DNA of 64,000 nucleotides from Verrucomicrobia subdivision 3 bacterium UBA693 (GCA_002298785.1 DBMR01000052.1:3513-67512), one strand, 5' to 3'. Shown: positions 12,029 through 21,374, counted from the stretch's first letter. A program made the numbers and translations. Notes: generated by a model not told the origin, from the sequence alone.

Positions 12029-14716
12029 ATGGCTGAATCGGATTCCACCAACGACCAGGGGGCAAATATCACGCCTCAATTTGCCGCCAACGAGAAGATC
12101 GCCAAAATCAATGTGGCCGAGGAAATCAAGAATTCCTTCCTCGACTATTCGATGTCGGTGATCATTTCCCGGGCCTTGCCGGATGTGCGGGACGGATTGA
12201 AGCCGTCCCAGCGCCGGATCCTCTACGCGATGCACGAGTTGGGGCTGTATGCGCCGAAGAAGCACATGAAATGTGCCAAGATTTGCGGCGATACTTCAGG
12301 CAATTACCATCCCCACGGCGAGGCGGTGATCTATCCGACGCTGGTGCACATGGCGCAACCATGGGCCATGCGTGAGCGCCTTGTGGATCCGCAGGGGAAT
12401 TTCGGGTCCGTTGAAGGTGATCCGCCGGCCGCCATGCGTTATACGGAAGCCCGCCTGACCCACCTCGGCGGGACGTTGATGCAGGACATGGACAAGGACA
12501 CCGTCGATTTCGTCCCCAACTACGACGAGCGGTTAACGGAGCCCACCGTGTTTCCGGCCGCGTTTCCGAACCTCCTCGTCAACGGTGGCACCGGCATTGC
12601 CGTGGGCATGGCCACGAATATCCCGCCCCATAACCTCGGGGAAATTATTGACGGTATTTGCGCGCAAATCGACAATCCGAACATCAGCCTCCGGGAGTTG
12701 ATGAAGCACATCAAGGGGCCGGATTTTCCCACCGGCTGCACCCTGTGCGGATTGGAGGGCATTCGCAACTATTTCGAGACCGGCAGGGGGAGCCTGAAGA
12801 TTCGTGGCAAGATCGAGGTCGAAGAGGTGAAGAACGGACGCGAGCAAATCATCATTCGCGAGATTCCATACAACGTAAATCGGGCCGTCCTGGTCGAGCG
12901 GATCGCCGACCTGGTGAACGAGAAGATTCTGACCGACATCACCGGGGTGCGGGATGAGTCTGATGCCAACACGCGCGTGGTGATCGAGATCAAGCGAGAC
13001 GCGTTGCCGAAGGTGGTCATCAACAACCTCTACAAATTTACGGCGCTCGAGAGCAGCTTTGCCGTGAACGCCTTGGCTATCGACCATGGGCGTCCGAAAA
13101 CACTGGGGCTGCGCGCCCTGATCAATTGTTACATTGAGCACCGCCGCGAGGTCATCATCCGCCGGACGCGGTATGAACTGCGCAAAGCGGAGGAGCGCGC
13201 CGAGACGCTGGAAGGCTACCTGATCGCCCTCTCCAACCTGGATGAGTTCATTCGCATCATTCGCAGTTCGGCCAACCGGGATGAGGCCCGCATCAAACTG
13301 TTGGCTTTTGAGTTCGCTCGAGCCCAGGTCGAGCAACTCGGGATTATGATCCGGAGCGAGGCGCGCCTGACCGGCGGGCGTTATTGCTTCAGTGAGGCGC
13401 AAGCCAACGCGATTCTCGAGTTGCGCTTGTATCAGTTGACCGGTTTGGAAATCGACAAGGTCCGGGCCGAGTACCACCAGTTGCTCGAGAAGATCACCGA
13501 CCTGATGGATATTCTGGCGCGCGAGGAGCGGGTGCTGGCTATCATCAAGGCGGAACTGCTCGTCATCAAGGAGAAGTATGCGACGCCGCGGCTCACGGAG
13601 TTGAAGCCGGATGAAGGCGAGATTGCGCTAGAAGATCTCATTGCGAACGAGGGAGTGATCATCACGCTCACCCACGCTGGGTTGATCAAGCGCACGAATG
13701 TGAGTGAATACCGGGCGCAGAAACGCGGCGGCAAGGGCGTGATCGGGATGGTTACGCGCGAGGGGGCTGGGGCCGAGGACCAGGATTTCATTGAACACCT
13801 GTTTACGGCCGGCACGCATGACTACCTCATGTTTTTCACAAACACCGGCCGGGCTTATGCCGAGCGGGTTTATGAGATCCCGGACATGGCTCGCGCTTCG
13901 AAAGGGCGCAGCATTGCCAACCTCCTGCAGTTGAAGGAGGGCGAGACGATCGCCGCCTTCATTCGGATTGATTCCAGAACCGGGCCCAACCGCGAGGATC
14001 AGACCTGGGATCAGCCCGGGTTCCTGTTCTTTGCCACGGAGCAAGGGACGGTAAAAAAGACTCCGCTGGCCGACTTTGGCAATATTCACAAAGGCGGGCT
14101 GATCGCCATCAATATCGATGAGGGCGACCGGTTGATTGGGGTGAAGCACTCCTCGGGCGACGATCAGATGGTCCTCATCACCCGGGGTGGAATGAGCATT
14201 CGCTTCTGCGAGAAGGATGTGCGTTCCATGGGCCGCCAGGCGGCGGGCGTGCGTGGAATATCATTGGAGTCTGACGACGCGGTGGTTGCACTGGCCATAG
14301 TACAGAAAGACGCGACCCTACTCGTCGCCGCTGAAAATGGGATTGGCAAGCGCACTCCGTTTGACACCGTGCTGGAGGACGGCACCGAAGAATCGGTTTA
14401 CCGCCTGCAGACGCGGGGGGGCAAAGGAATCATCACCATGAAGGCCAACGAAAAGACCGGCGCGCTGGTCGGCGCGTTGACCGTGCGTGATGAAGACCAG
14501 ATCATGCTGATCACCACCGGCGGACAGATGGTGCGCACGTTTGTGAAGGATATTCGCGAAACCGGGCGCAACGCCACTGGTGTCAAGCTCATCGACCTGG
14601 AGGGCCCCGATAAACTCCAGGCGATCGCCTCGGTCATCGCTGAACCGGAAGAAGAGAACTCCGGCGAGGCAACTCCCGGCGAAACGGCCACCGACGAACC
14701 GACTCCCGGGAGCTGA
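12029..14716 (+). CDS. gyrA: DNA gyrase subunit A
   Basis: RALPDVRDGLKP, catalytic AAMRYTE, GyrA-box QKRGGKG, beta-pinwheel repeats, acidic tail. Confidence 0.97.
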   Translation: MAESDSTNDQGANITPQFAANEKIAKINVAEEIKNSFLDYSMSVIISRALPDVRDGLKPSQRRILYAMHELGLYAPKKHMKCAKICGDTSGNYHPHGEAVIYPTLVHMAQPWAMRERLVDPQGNFGSVEGDPPAAMRYTEARLTHLGGTLMQDMDKDTVDFVPNYDERLTEPTVFPAAFPNLLVNGGTGIAVGMATNIPPHNLGEIIDGICAQIDNPNISLRELMKHIKGPDFPTGCTLCGLEGIRNYFETGRGSLKIRGKIEVEEVKNGREQIIIREIPYNVNRAVLVERIADLVNEKILTDITGVRDESDANTRVVIEIKRDALPKVVINNLYKFTALESSFAVNALAIDHGRPKTLGLRALINCYIEHRREVIIRRTRYELRKAEERAETLEGYLIALSNLDEFIRIIRSSANRDEARIKLLAFEFARAQVEQLGIMIRSEARLTGGRYCFSEAQANAILELRLYQLTGLEIDKVRAEYHQLLEKITDLMDILAREERVLAIIKAELLVIKEKYATPRLTELKPDEGEIALEDLIANEGVIITLTHAGLIKRTNVSEYRAQKRGGKGVIGMVTREGAGAEDQDFIEHLFTAGTHDYLMFFTNTGRAYAERVYEIPDMARASKGRSIANLLQLKEGETIAAFIRIDSRTGPNREDQTWDQPGFLFFATEQGTVKKTPLADFGNIHKGGLIAINIDEGDRLIGVKHSSGDDQMVLITRGGMSIRFCEKDVRSMGRQAAGVRGISLESDDAVVALAIVQKDATLLVAAENGIGKRTPFDTVLEDGTEESVYRLQTRGGKGIITMKANEKTGALVGALTVRDEDQIMLITTGGQMVRTFVKDIRETGRNATGVKLIDLEGPDKLQAIASVIAEPEEENSGEATPGETATDEPTPGS

Positions 14717-14793
14717 AATCCAGTATTCCGACGGGTGGGCCGGCCGGCCTGATTTGCGACCTGCGGTTTTAATGCTATGTATTATCCGCAAGT

Positions 14794-15057
14794 ATGCTGA
14801 GCAGGAATTGGCTGCAATGGGTCGCTGCGGGCCTGATAACCGCGGCTTTGGTGTTTTGGGTCGCCACAGGCGCGCATCCGGGCTGGACGCGCACTAGCGA
14901 GGCGGTCCGGACGCTGGACCCCGTCACGGGCATCGAAGGCATCACGTACGAGAAGAAATTTGTGCCGGGCGTGGATTTCCTCGCGGGGGCGCTGGCCGTT
15001 GGGTTCGTGCTGGGTGCGATTTCGATGCTGAGCCGCCGGCCTTCCCGCCCATCTTAA
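14794..15057 (+). CDS. Small hypothetical membrane protein (2 TM)
   Basis: Two hydrophobic segments flank GWTRTS..DPVTGIE..FVPGVDFL. Fills the gap between gyrA and the YceI gene. Confidence 0.7.
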   Translation: MLSRNWLQWVAAGLITAALVFWVATGAHPGWTRTSEAVRTLDPVTGIEGITYEKKFVPGVDFLAGALAVGFVLGAISMLSRRPSRPS

Positions 15058-15088
15058 ATCGAACATCGTAACTTCAACTGTATTCCAC

Positions 15089-15703
15089 ATGACACTCAAA
15101 CTGTCCCAAATCATCGCTACGGTTGGTCTTTGTGTGACCGTAATGCCTTCGCTCGGAGCCACCTTCGACTTTAAAGATCCCAAGGGCGTGAACAACGCTA
15201 CCTTTACCCTCGACGCCCCTTTGGAAGCCATTCGTGGCAGCGCTTCGGGGGTGTCGGGTTCGGTCGTGTATGACCCGGAAAAGCCGGAAGCCACCACGGG
15301 GAAGATCGTGATTGCCAGCGCCTCTTTGCACGTGGGCAATCCCATGATGCAACAGCATCTCGAAGGGCCGAAATGGCTGGAAGTGGCCAAGTTCCCAGAG
15401 ATCACCTTTGAGGCGAAGGAGGTAAAGAACGTCAAGAAGAGCGGGGATATCGTTACGGCCGATATCCAGGGCAGGTTTACGCTGAAAGGCATAAGCAAGG
15501 AGCTCACCGTTCCGGTGAAGTTCACTTACCTGAAAGACAAGCTCGGCCAGCGTGTGCCCAATATGAAGGGCGACTTGTTGGTGATTCGATCCAATTTTTC
15601 GATCAAGCGCAGCGATTTCGGCATTAATTCCGGCCAGATGGAGGAAAAAGTTGCCGATCAAATCGAGTTGGCGCTGAGTATTGCGGGAGCGGCGGCGAAG
15701 TAA
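15089..15703 (+). CDS. YceI-family periplasmic lipid/polyisoprenoid-binding protein
   Basis: Signal peptide, then HLEGPKWLEVAKFPEITF, GRFTLKGISK and IKRSDFGI YceI motifs. Confidence 0.9.
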   Translation: MTLKLSQIIATVGLCVTVMPSLGATFDFKDPKGVNNATFTLDAPLEAIRGSASGVSGSVVYDPEKPEATTGKIVIASASLHVGNPMMQQHLEGPKWLEVAKFPEITFEAKEVKNVKKSGDIVTADIQGRFTLKGISKELTVPVKFTYLKDKLGQRVPNMKGDLLVIRSNFSIKRSDFGINSGQMEEKVADQIELALSIAGAAAK

Positions 15704-15709
15704 GAGCCG

Positions 15710-16498
15710 TTACTTTTCCGGACCGCCGAGGAGAAAATCCAGCCGAGTGCGATAATGGCGGCTGAGGGTGAGTTTCGAGCCATTGTGCAGCATCACGGCG
15801 TAATCGCCGTAGAACATCGGCTGCAGTTCCTTGATCTTCTCCAGGTTCACCAGGGTCGAGCGGCTGATCCGGGCGAACTGTTGCGGGGCTAATTGTGCTT
15901 CGAGCCCGGCCAGGGTCTCGCGTACGTAGTGTGCCTCTCCTTGCGCATGGATACGCACGTAGTTGCCATCGGCCTCCAGCCAATCAATCGTTTCCGTTCG
16001 CACCAGGATGATTTTACCGCTTTGCTTGAACACCAGGCGTTCGAGTTTTCGGGTTTCCGGTCGGAGGGTCTCCAGCAACTTGGGCAGGGGGGAAACGGCT
16101 GCCCCTGGTTGGGAGCGCCGCAAGGTTTCCTGGACGTGGGCCAGCGTCTTTTTGAATCGTTGAAGGTCGAATGGTTTTAGCAGGTAATCGACCGCGTGGA
16201 CCTCGAAGGCCTTGAGGGCGTATTCGTCGTAAGCCGTCACAAAAACGACCAGCGGGGGCGGTATTTCCGCCGCGAGCACCCGGGCGCAGACTTCGAGCCC
16301 GTTGAGCTTGGGCATTTGCATGTCCAGGAAGACCAGGTCCGGCTTGTCGCGGATAATGCACTCGACCGCCTGTTCGCCATTGGTGCACTCGCCGATCACC
16401 TGAAAATCGTGCTCCTGTTTGAGCAACTGGTGCAGCCGGCTGCGGGCGTGGGGTTCGTCATCCACGATCAAAGATCGAATGCTCGCCGGTATCGCCAT
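15710..16498 (-). CDS. LytTR-family response regulator
   Basis: REC domain (IVDDE, FLDMQMP, AVDYLLKP) plus LytTR domain (LEADGNYV, FARISRSTLVN). Confidence 0.95.
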   Translation of the reverse strand: MAIPASIRSLIVDDEPHARSRLHQLLKQEHDFQVIGECTNGEQAVECIIRDKPDLVFLDMQMPKLNGLEVCARVLAAEIPPPLVVFVTAYDEYALKAFEVHAVDYLLKPFDLQRFKKTLAHVQETLRRSQPGAAVSPLPKLLETLRPETRKLERLVFKQSGKIILVRTETIDWLEADGNYVRIHAQGEAHYVRETLAGLEAQLAPQQFARISRSTLVNLEKIKELQPMFYGDYAVMLHNGSKLTLSRHYRTRLDFLLGGPEK

Positions 16499-16510
16499 GG
16501 AATTGAAGAA

Positions 16511-17617
16511 TCAGTGGGCTAACGGTTGTTCGTGAAAGGGAATGCCAATTACCGCTTCGACACCTCGTGACAAGCCTTCGCGGACGTCCATGCGGAAGGC
16601 CTCACCGTAGAGGTGTTTAAGGCGAGAACGGGTATTGGACAGGCCGATGCCTTCCCGCGCCGGGGTCTTGTCAGAGCCGCCCAAGCCCATGCCATTGTCA
16701 CTTACCCGCAATTCGAGCTCATCGGCTTTCCGGGCGACCCGGATCCGGAGCAGTCCGGGCTCCGGCGAGGGCTCGATTCCGTGGCGAATAGCGTTTTCCA
16801 CCAGCGGCTGCAGAATCAGGTAGGGCACCAGCGCCCGTTCGACGCCGGGTTCCAACTGCTGCTGCACCTGGAGGCGGTCGGCAAACCGGGTCTGTTCAAT
16901 TTCCAGGTAACGTTCCAGAAACGAAAGTTCCTCGAGCAGGCTAACTTCCTGGGGTTTGGATTGGTCCAGGCTCAGGCGCAGCATGTCGCTCAGTCGGGCC
17001 AGCACGCGATCGGCGAGGTCTGGGTTTTCGTGAATCAGTGCGGAAACCGCATGTAGAGCGTTAAACAAGAAATGGGGATTGAGCTGCATCCGCAAGGTCT
17101 GCAACCGGGCCTCCACCAGCTCTTTCTGGAGTTGAGCGGCCGCCACTTCCCGCTCGCGGTAGCGGGTGTAGTAGTGCCACCCAAGATGTCCGAGTACCAC
17201 CAGCCAGTACATCATCAGGTTCAGGGCCAGGTAGTGCAGCCCCATCTTCTTGAGCAGAAACGAGAACGTCAGTATTTCCCCGGTCTGCACTGAAATCTCG
17301 CCCGAGAGCAGCCAGGACAGGGTGGTGACATAGCCGGCGGAAAAGACCAGTGCGGCCAGCAGGTGCCTCCCGACCCAGCGCCAGACGCGGGCGCCATCGA
17401 AGCGGTTGCGCTCGCAGAACCACAGGATTCCCAGCGAGAGCAGTCCGTACGTGTACCAGTCCTTGAAGGAACGACTGAAGGCGGTCCCCCAGCTAATGGG
17501 TTGGTTGAAAACGGCCTGGGAAATGTAGGCGCTAACAGCAGAGAGCAACGCCATGAAGGTCCATAGCGTTGCGATGATCCCCACCCACAACCAGCGTTTT
17601 CCTGGCCGATTAAGCAT
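16511..17617 (-). CDS. LytS/YehU-type membrane sensor histidine kinase
   Basis: About 4 TM helices, QLNPHFLFNALH, LQPLVENAIRHG, DNGMG, GIGLSN. Confidence 0.95.
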   Translation of the reverse strand: MLNRPGKRWLWVGIIATLWTFMALLSAVSAYISQAVFNQPISWGTAFSRSFKDWYTYGLLSLGILWFCERNRFDGARVWRWVGRHLLAALVFSAGYVTTLSWLLSGEISVQTGEILTFSFLLKKMGLHYLALNLMMYWLVVLGHLGWHYYTRYREREVAAAQLQKELVEARLQTLRMQLNPHFLFNALHAVSALIHENPDLADRVLARLSDMLRLSLDQSKPQEVSLLEELSFLERYLEIEQTRFADRLQVQQQLEPGVERALVPYLILQPLVENAIRHGIEPSPEPGLLRIRVARKADELELRVSDNGMGLGGSDKTPAREGIGLSNTRSRLKHLYGEAFRMDVREGLSRGVEAVIGIPFHEQPLAH

Positions 17618-17726
17618 CTACCACTTCATACCCCAAATTCAACGGAATGTCGATCTGCGCCGACGGCAGGCGCGGCGGCGGGAAACCGGCGCCGGGCGAG
17701 CAGGCGCGACCATCAGCGGGGCCGGC

Positions 17727-18017
17727 TCAACTTTGTGGCGCCATCACCTTGGTATTGGCGGCAGGGCCACCCAGCGGTTGTTTCACGCCAGAAGAGGATT
17801 TCCGCGCCGACGAATTGTTCGTGTGGCTGGCGAGCATGCCGGCCTCACTTCGGACGGGCTTCTCCAGCGCCGCCATGACTTCATCCCGGGCATTGGCGAA
17901 CTTAAGCGAATCCAGCATCGTGTAACTAATCAGCGCCACCGCCAGCGCTCCCAGACTCAGGAAGGCCGTGAATTCCAGCTTTCGGGTGCTTTGATCATAT
18001 CCAGGCAGTCGATTCAT
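17727..18017 (-). CDS. Small single-TM hypothetical protein
   Basis: MNRLPGYD.. with one TM segment (FTAFLSLGALAVALISY). Co-oriented with and upstream of the LytS gene. The 18179 start in the track runs through regulatory DNA. Confidence 0.55.
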   Translation of the reverse strand: MNRLPGYDQSTRKLEFTAFLSLGALAVALISYTMLDSLKFANARDEVMAALEKPVRSEAGMLASHTNNSSARKSSSGVKQPLGGPAANTKVMAPQS

Positions 18018-18081
18018 AATGTGTATGTGCTTCGTTCTACCCTGTGTTCTTAATGCAAATACTGGATTTTGCGTTGGTTTT

Positions 18082-18111
18082 GTGACGAGTAGCTCGTTTC
18101 CAGTGACGAGT
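18082..18111 (-). promoter_or_regulatory. Putative LytTR operator (9-bp direct repeat, 12-bp spacer)
   Basis: GTGACGAGT at 18082 and 18103 (period 21); reads ACTCGTCAC on the minus strand. Confidence 0.7.
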
Positions 18112-18139
18112 GGCACGGAATTGTGGGTTAGCACCGGCT

Positions 18140-18168
18140 TTGACAAACCCAGGTGGGTGTGATACAAG
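18140..18168 (+). promoter_or_regulatory. Sigma70-type promoter
   Basis: TTGACA, 17 bp, then TACAAG, with an extended -10 TG at 18160-18161. Confidence 0.65.
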
Positions 18169-18180
18169 TAGTGCGTCAAA

Positions 18181-18279
18181 GTGAAATATCACACTAAACA
18201 ACACTATCAGGCGTGGCTGGTCGGGCGGCAAATGTCCCGTTCCACGTGCATTGATCCTTTCGCGGGAGGTTGGTTCTGA
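18181..18279 (+). CDS. Putative leader peptide (32 aa, MKYHTKQHYQAWLVGRQMSRSTCIDPFAGGWF)
   Basis: GTG..TGA ORF between the promoter and an intrinsic terminator. Its 3' end carries an antiterminator strand. Confidence 0.55.
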   Translation: MKYHTKQHYQAWLVGRQMSRSTCIDPFAGGWF

Positions 18280-18299
18280 CCGGACCAAAAGATTTTGCC

Positions 18300-18332
18300 A
18301 AAACCCGCGATGATCAACATCGCGGGTTTTTT
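18300..18332 (+). terminator. Intrinsic terminator / attenuator hairpin
   Basis: AAAACCCGCGATG-ATCAA-CATCGCGGGTTTT perfect inverted repeat ending in a T6 run, upstream of a co-oriented gene. Confidence 0.85.
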
Positions 18333-18384
18333 GTTGGTGGGGTGGGGAAGGGGTGGTCGGTAATTGTCAGTAAAACAATAAAGT

Positions 18385-18723
18385 ATGAGTGCGAATAAAG
18401 TGAAAGTGAGAGCGCGGTTTGGGCCGGAGACCCGCTTTGATGTGCAACCGGCACCGTTGGCTCCGTTTCGAGCCATGCAGCAGGACCGGTTCGAAGGGTT
18501 GCGTTCGGAACTGGTGGCCGAGAAACTGCGCGAGCCGCATGAGGTTGCGGCATCAGGGTTGGTGCGGCGCGCGGCCAACGAAGCGGCGGCACTGGCGTGG
18601 GTAACGCCCTTCCCGTTGCTCGTGTTTCCGGCGCTGTTTGACGAAATGTACGAAACCGCCCTGTTCCGGGAGGAACGCCAGGAACAGGTGCGGCAGCGCA
18701 GCCGGGAGCTGCTGGCCGTATGA
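18385..18723 (+). CDS. Hypothetical protein (112 aa)
   Basis: GC3-rich ATG ORF with an A-rich leader and the segment RAANEAAALAWVTPFPLLVFPALF. No family recognised. Confidence 0.75.
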   Translation: MSANKVKVRARFGPETRFDVQPAPLAPFRAMQQDRFEGLRSELVAEKLREPHEVAASGLVRRAANEAAALAWVTPFPLLVFPALFDEMYETALFREERQEQVRQRSRELLAV

Positions 18724-18869
18724 AGCCTAGCTGTGATGGCTCCCGCCGGGGTGAGCAGCCGGGGTGCCGGGTCCGTGCGTGAACAATTTGCGCGCGCAGA
18801 CCCCGCATCCCGGCTGTTCCTCTGTAAAATTGCTTTGCGCTACCACGGCATTCCACCCCATAATGCGGC

Positions 18870-20210
18870 GTGGTTTTAGCTGGAGTGCGAATACTTTATA
18901 ACATCCTTTTTTTCATCTCTTTCGTCATTTCATCGCCGTATTATTTTTGGCGAATGCGGCGGCGAGGGAATTGGCGCGCGGGTTTCGGGCAGCGCTTCGC
19001 CAAGTATGACGCCAAATTCAAGCAGGCGATCACCAATCGGCATACGCTGTGGATGCATGCCGTCAGCGTGGGCGAAGTCAATATCTGCACCCAGCTCATC
19101 CGGGCCCTCGAGCGCCGCGCGCCCAACCTGAAGATTGTCGTCTCGACGACCACCAGCACGGGGATGGGCGAGTTGCATCGCAAACTCCCGCCGCATATCA
19201 GCCGAATCTACTATCCGTTGGACCTGCGCGCATTCGTCTCGCGGGCTTTAAACACGGTCAGGCCGCAAGCCATTGTGCTGGTCGAAGCCGAGATTTGGCC
19301 CAATTTCCTGTGGCAAGCGCGCAAGATGGAGATTCCCGTGTTCCTGGCCAACGCGCGTCTCTCCGACAAGTCCTTCCGGGGGTACCGCCTGTTCAGTTTC
19401 ATCTTTCGCCCGATTTTCCGGGCGTTTGCAGGTGTGGGGGTGCAAAGCGATGCGGACGCGGAGCGACTGCGCAAGGTGGGTGTACGCCCCGAGGCCATCC
19501 ACAACGTGGGCAGTTTAAAATTCGATGCCGCAAAGATCGAAGAACGCCGGGTGTTGGATGTGCAGCGGATGTTCCGGCAACTGGGCGTGCCGAAAGGCGC
19601 CCCGGTCCTGCTCGGTGGCAGCACGCATGCTGGCGAGGAAGCCATCCTGGCGCGGGTGTTCAAAAAACTGCGAACTAAATATCCCGATCTCTTCCTGGTG
19701 GTGGTGCCCCGGCATTTCGAGCGGAGCGCCGAGGTAGGACGGGATCTCGAGGCGGAGGGAATCCGGTTTGCTTACCGCAACAAACTCAGTGTCAGCTCCA
19801 AATTCGGCGAGCGGCAGCTCGATTGCCTGTTGGTCAATACGACTGGCGAGCTGCAGTTCTTTTACGAGCACGCCACGGTGGTCTTTGTCGGCAAGAGCCT
19901 GACTGCGGAAGGCGGGCAAAACCCCATCGAACCCGGGGCGGTCGGGCGTGCGATGATTTTCGGTCCCAACATGCAGAACTTTGCGAAGATCGTGGAGAAA
20001 TTCGTGCAACGCAAGGGTGCGGTTCAAGTCAAAGATGCGGCGGAGCTGGAGCGGGTGGCGGGAGAGTTATTGGGAGACGAGGCGCGGCGGAAGGAGTTGG
20101 GCGCCAACGCGAAGGCAGTGGTGCGCGAAAACCTGGGCGGCATTGACCGGACCATCGATCTGATCCTGCAGCACCTGGATACCAACGAGCTGTACGTAAA
20201 GCCGCGGTAA
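18870..20210 (+). CDS. waaA: 3-deoxy-D-manno-octulosonic acid (Kdo) transferase
   Basis: WMHAVSVGE, NARLS, GSLKFD, STHAGEE, VPRHFER, GGQNPIEP. The start could be GTG 18885. Confidence 0.95.
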   Translation: MVLAGVRILYNILFFISFVISSPYYFWRMRRRGNWRAGFGQRFAKYDAKFKQAITNRHTLWMHAVSVGEVNICTQLIRALERRAPNLKIVVSTTTSTGMGELHRKLPPHISRIYYPLDLRAFVSRALNTVRPQAIVLVEAEIWPNFLWQARKMEIPVFLANARLSDKSFRGYRLFSFIFRPIFRAFAGVGVQSDADAERLRKVGVRPEAIHNVGSLKFDAAKIEERRVLDVQRMFRQLGVPKGAPVLLGGSTHAGEEAILARVFKKLRTKYPDLFLVVVPRHFERSAEVGRDLEAEGIRFAYRNKLSVSSKFGERQLDCLLVNTTGELQFFYEHATVVFVGKSLTAEGGQNPIEPGAVGRAMIFGPNMQNFAKIVEKFVQRKGAVQVKDAAELERVAGELLGDEARRKELGANAKAVVRENLGGIDRTIDLILQHLDTNELYVKPR

Positions 20211-20220
20211 ACCGAGCTTC

Positions 20221-20246
20221 GGTCGCCAGGGGGTTCCCGGGCGACC
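20221..20246. terminator. GC-rich hairpin between convergent waaA and pilT-family genes
   Basis: GGTCGCC..GGCGACC inverted repeat; no clear U tract. Confidence 0.4.
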
Positions 20247-20285
20247 TCCAATCCGCAGCTTGCGCTGTAGAGTGCCGATTTGTCC

Positions 20286-21374
20286 TTACTGCAAGATGCG
20301 GCGACCTTCGTCGAGGAAGATTCCCTTGAAATTCATCTCGAGCGCTTGCGGGTTGCTCGCTTTGCTCAGGGCTTCCTTCTCGGAGACCTTGTTCTCTTTT
20401 ACCAGATTGAACAAAGCCTGGTTGAAATTCAGCATGCCGTCGTCCATGCCGGTTTCGATGGCCGCGGGCAGTTTGTCCAGGCGGTTTTCCTCGATGAGCT
20501 TCTTGACGGTGGGCGTGTTGATCATGATCTCCAACGCTGGGGTCATGGGCCCGGCGAGCGTGGTGACCATGCGCTGGCAAACCACTGCCTGCAGGGTGCC
20601 GGCGAGCTGACGTCGAATTTGTTCCCGCTCATCGGCCTTAAAGAAATCCAGAATGCGGCTGACGGATTGAGCGGCGTTGGTGGTGTGGAGCGTGGAGAGC
20701 ACAAGGTGCCCCGTGTCAGCGGCGCTCATCGCGGCGGTGAAGCTGATGGAGTCACGCATTTCACCGATCATGATGATATCGGGATCCTGCCGCAGCACAT
20801 GCTTCAACGCATGGTGGAAGGACAGGGTGTCGAGACCCACTTCGCGTTGCTCGATGACACACTGGTTGTCCTCGAACACGTATTCGATCGGGTCCTCCAT
20901 CGTGATGAGGTGCTTTTTGAAGTTGGCGTTGATGTGCTCGATCATCGCCGCCAGCGTGGTGGATTTGCCGCAACCTGTAGATCCGGCCAGCAACACGATG
21001 CCGCGGGGTGATTCCGCGATCTTTTTGATCTGGGACAGCAATCCCAGGTCTTCGAAGCTGGGCACGTTCGTCTTCACATAGCGCATCGCGAGGCACCACT
21101 GGCCCCGTTGCTGAAACAAATTCGTACGGAATCGGCCGATGCCCGGGAGAAAATACGAGAAGTCCACCTCGCGTTCCTGCTCGAGACGGCGCTTCAAATG
21201 CGCCGGCGCGACAGTGTCCACCACCTTGTTCAACCATTCCTCCGCCGGGGTAGGGCATTCAATGGCGATCAATTGGCGATTGATCCGGAAAATCACCGGA
21301 GTGCCAATTTTGATATGCACGTCCGACGCACCGCCATCCACCGCCAGCTTCAAAATTCGATGAAAAAGTTCCAT
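20286..21374 (-). CDS. pilT: PilT/PilU-family type IV pilus retraction ATPase
   Basis: ASDVHI, GSTGCGKSTT, TMEDPIEY, LRQDPDIIMIGEMRD, TGHLVLSTLHT. PilT versus PilU is not resolved. Confidence 0.88.
   Translation of the reverse strand: MELFHRILKLAVDGGASDVHIKIGTPVIFRINRQLIAIECPTPAEEWLNKVVDTVAPAHLKRRLEQEREVDFSYFLPGIGRFRTNLFQQRGQWCLAMRYVKTNVPSFEDLGLLSQIKKIAESPRGIVLLAGSTGCGKSTTLAAMIEHINANFKKHLITMEDPIEYVFEDNQCVIEQREVGLDTLSFHHALKHVLRQDPDIIMIGEMRDSISFTAAMSAADTGHLVLSTLHTTNAAQSVSRILDFFKADEREQIRRQLAGTLQAVVCQRMVTTLAGPMTPALEIMINTPTVKKLIEENRLDKLPAAIETGMDDGMLNFNQALFNLVKENKVSEKEALSKASNPQALEMNFKGIFLDEGRRILQ

Noticed and set aside
18300-18332. Hairpin as an ordinary end-of-gene terminator
   Set aside because: No annotated gene ends here on either strand because the flanking genes diverge, so it is reported as an attenuator.
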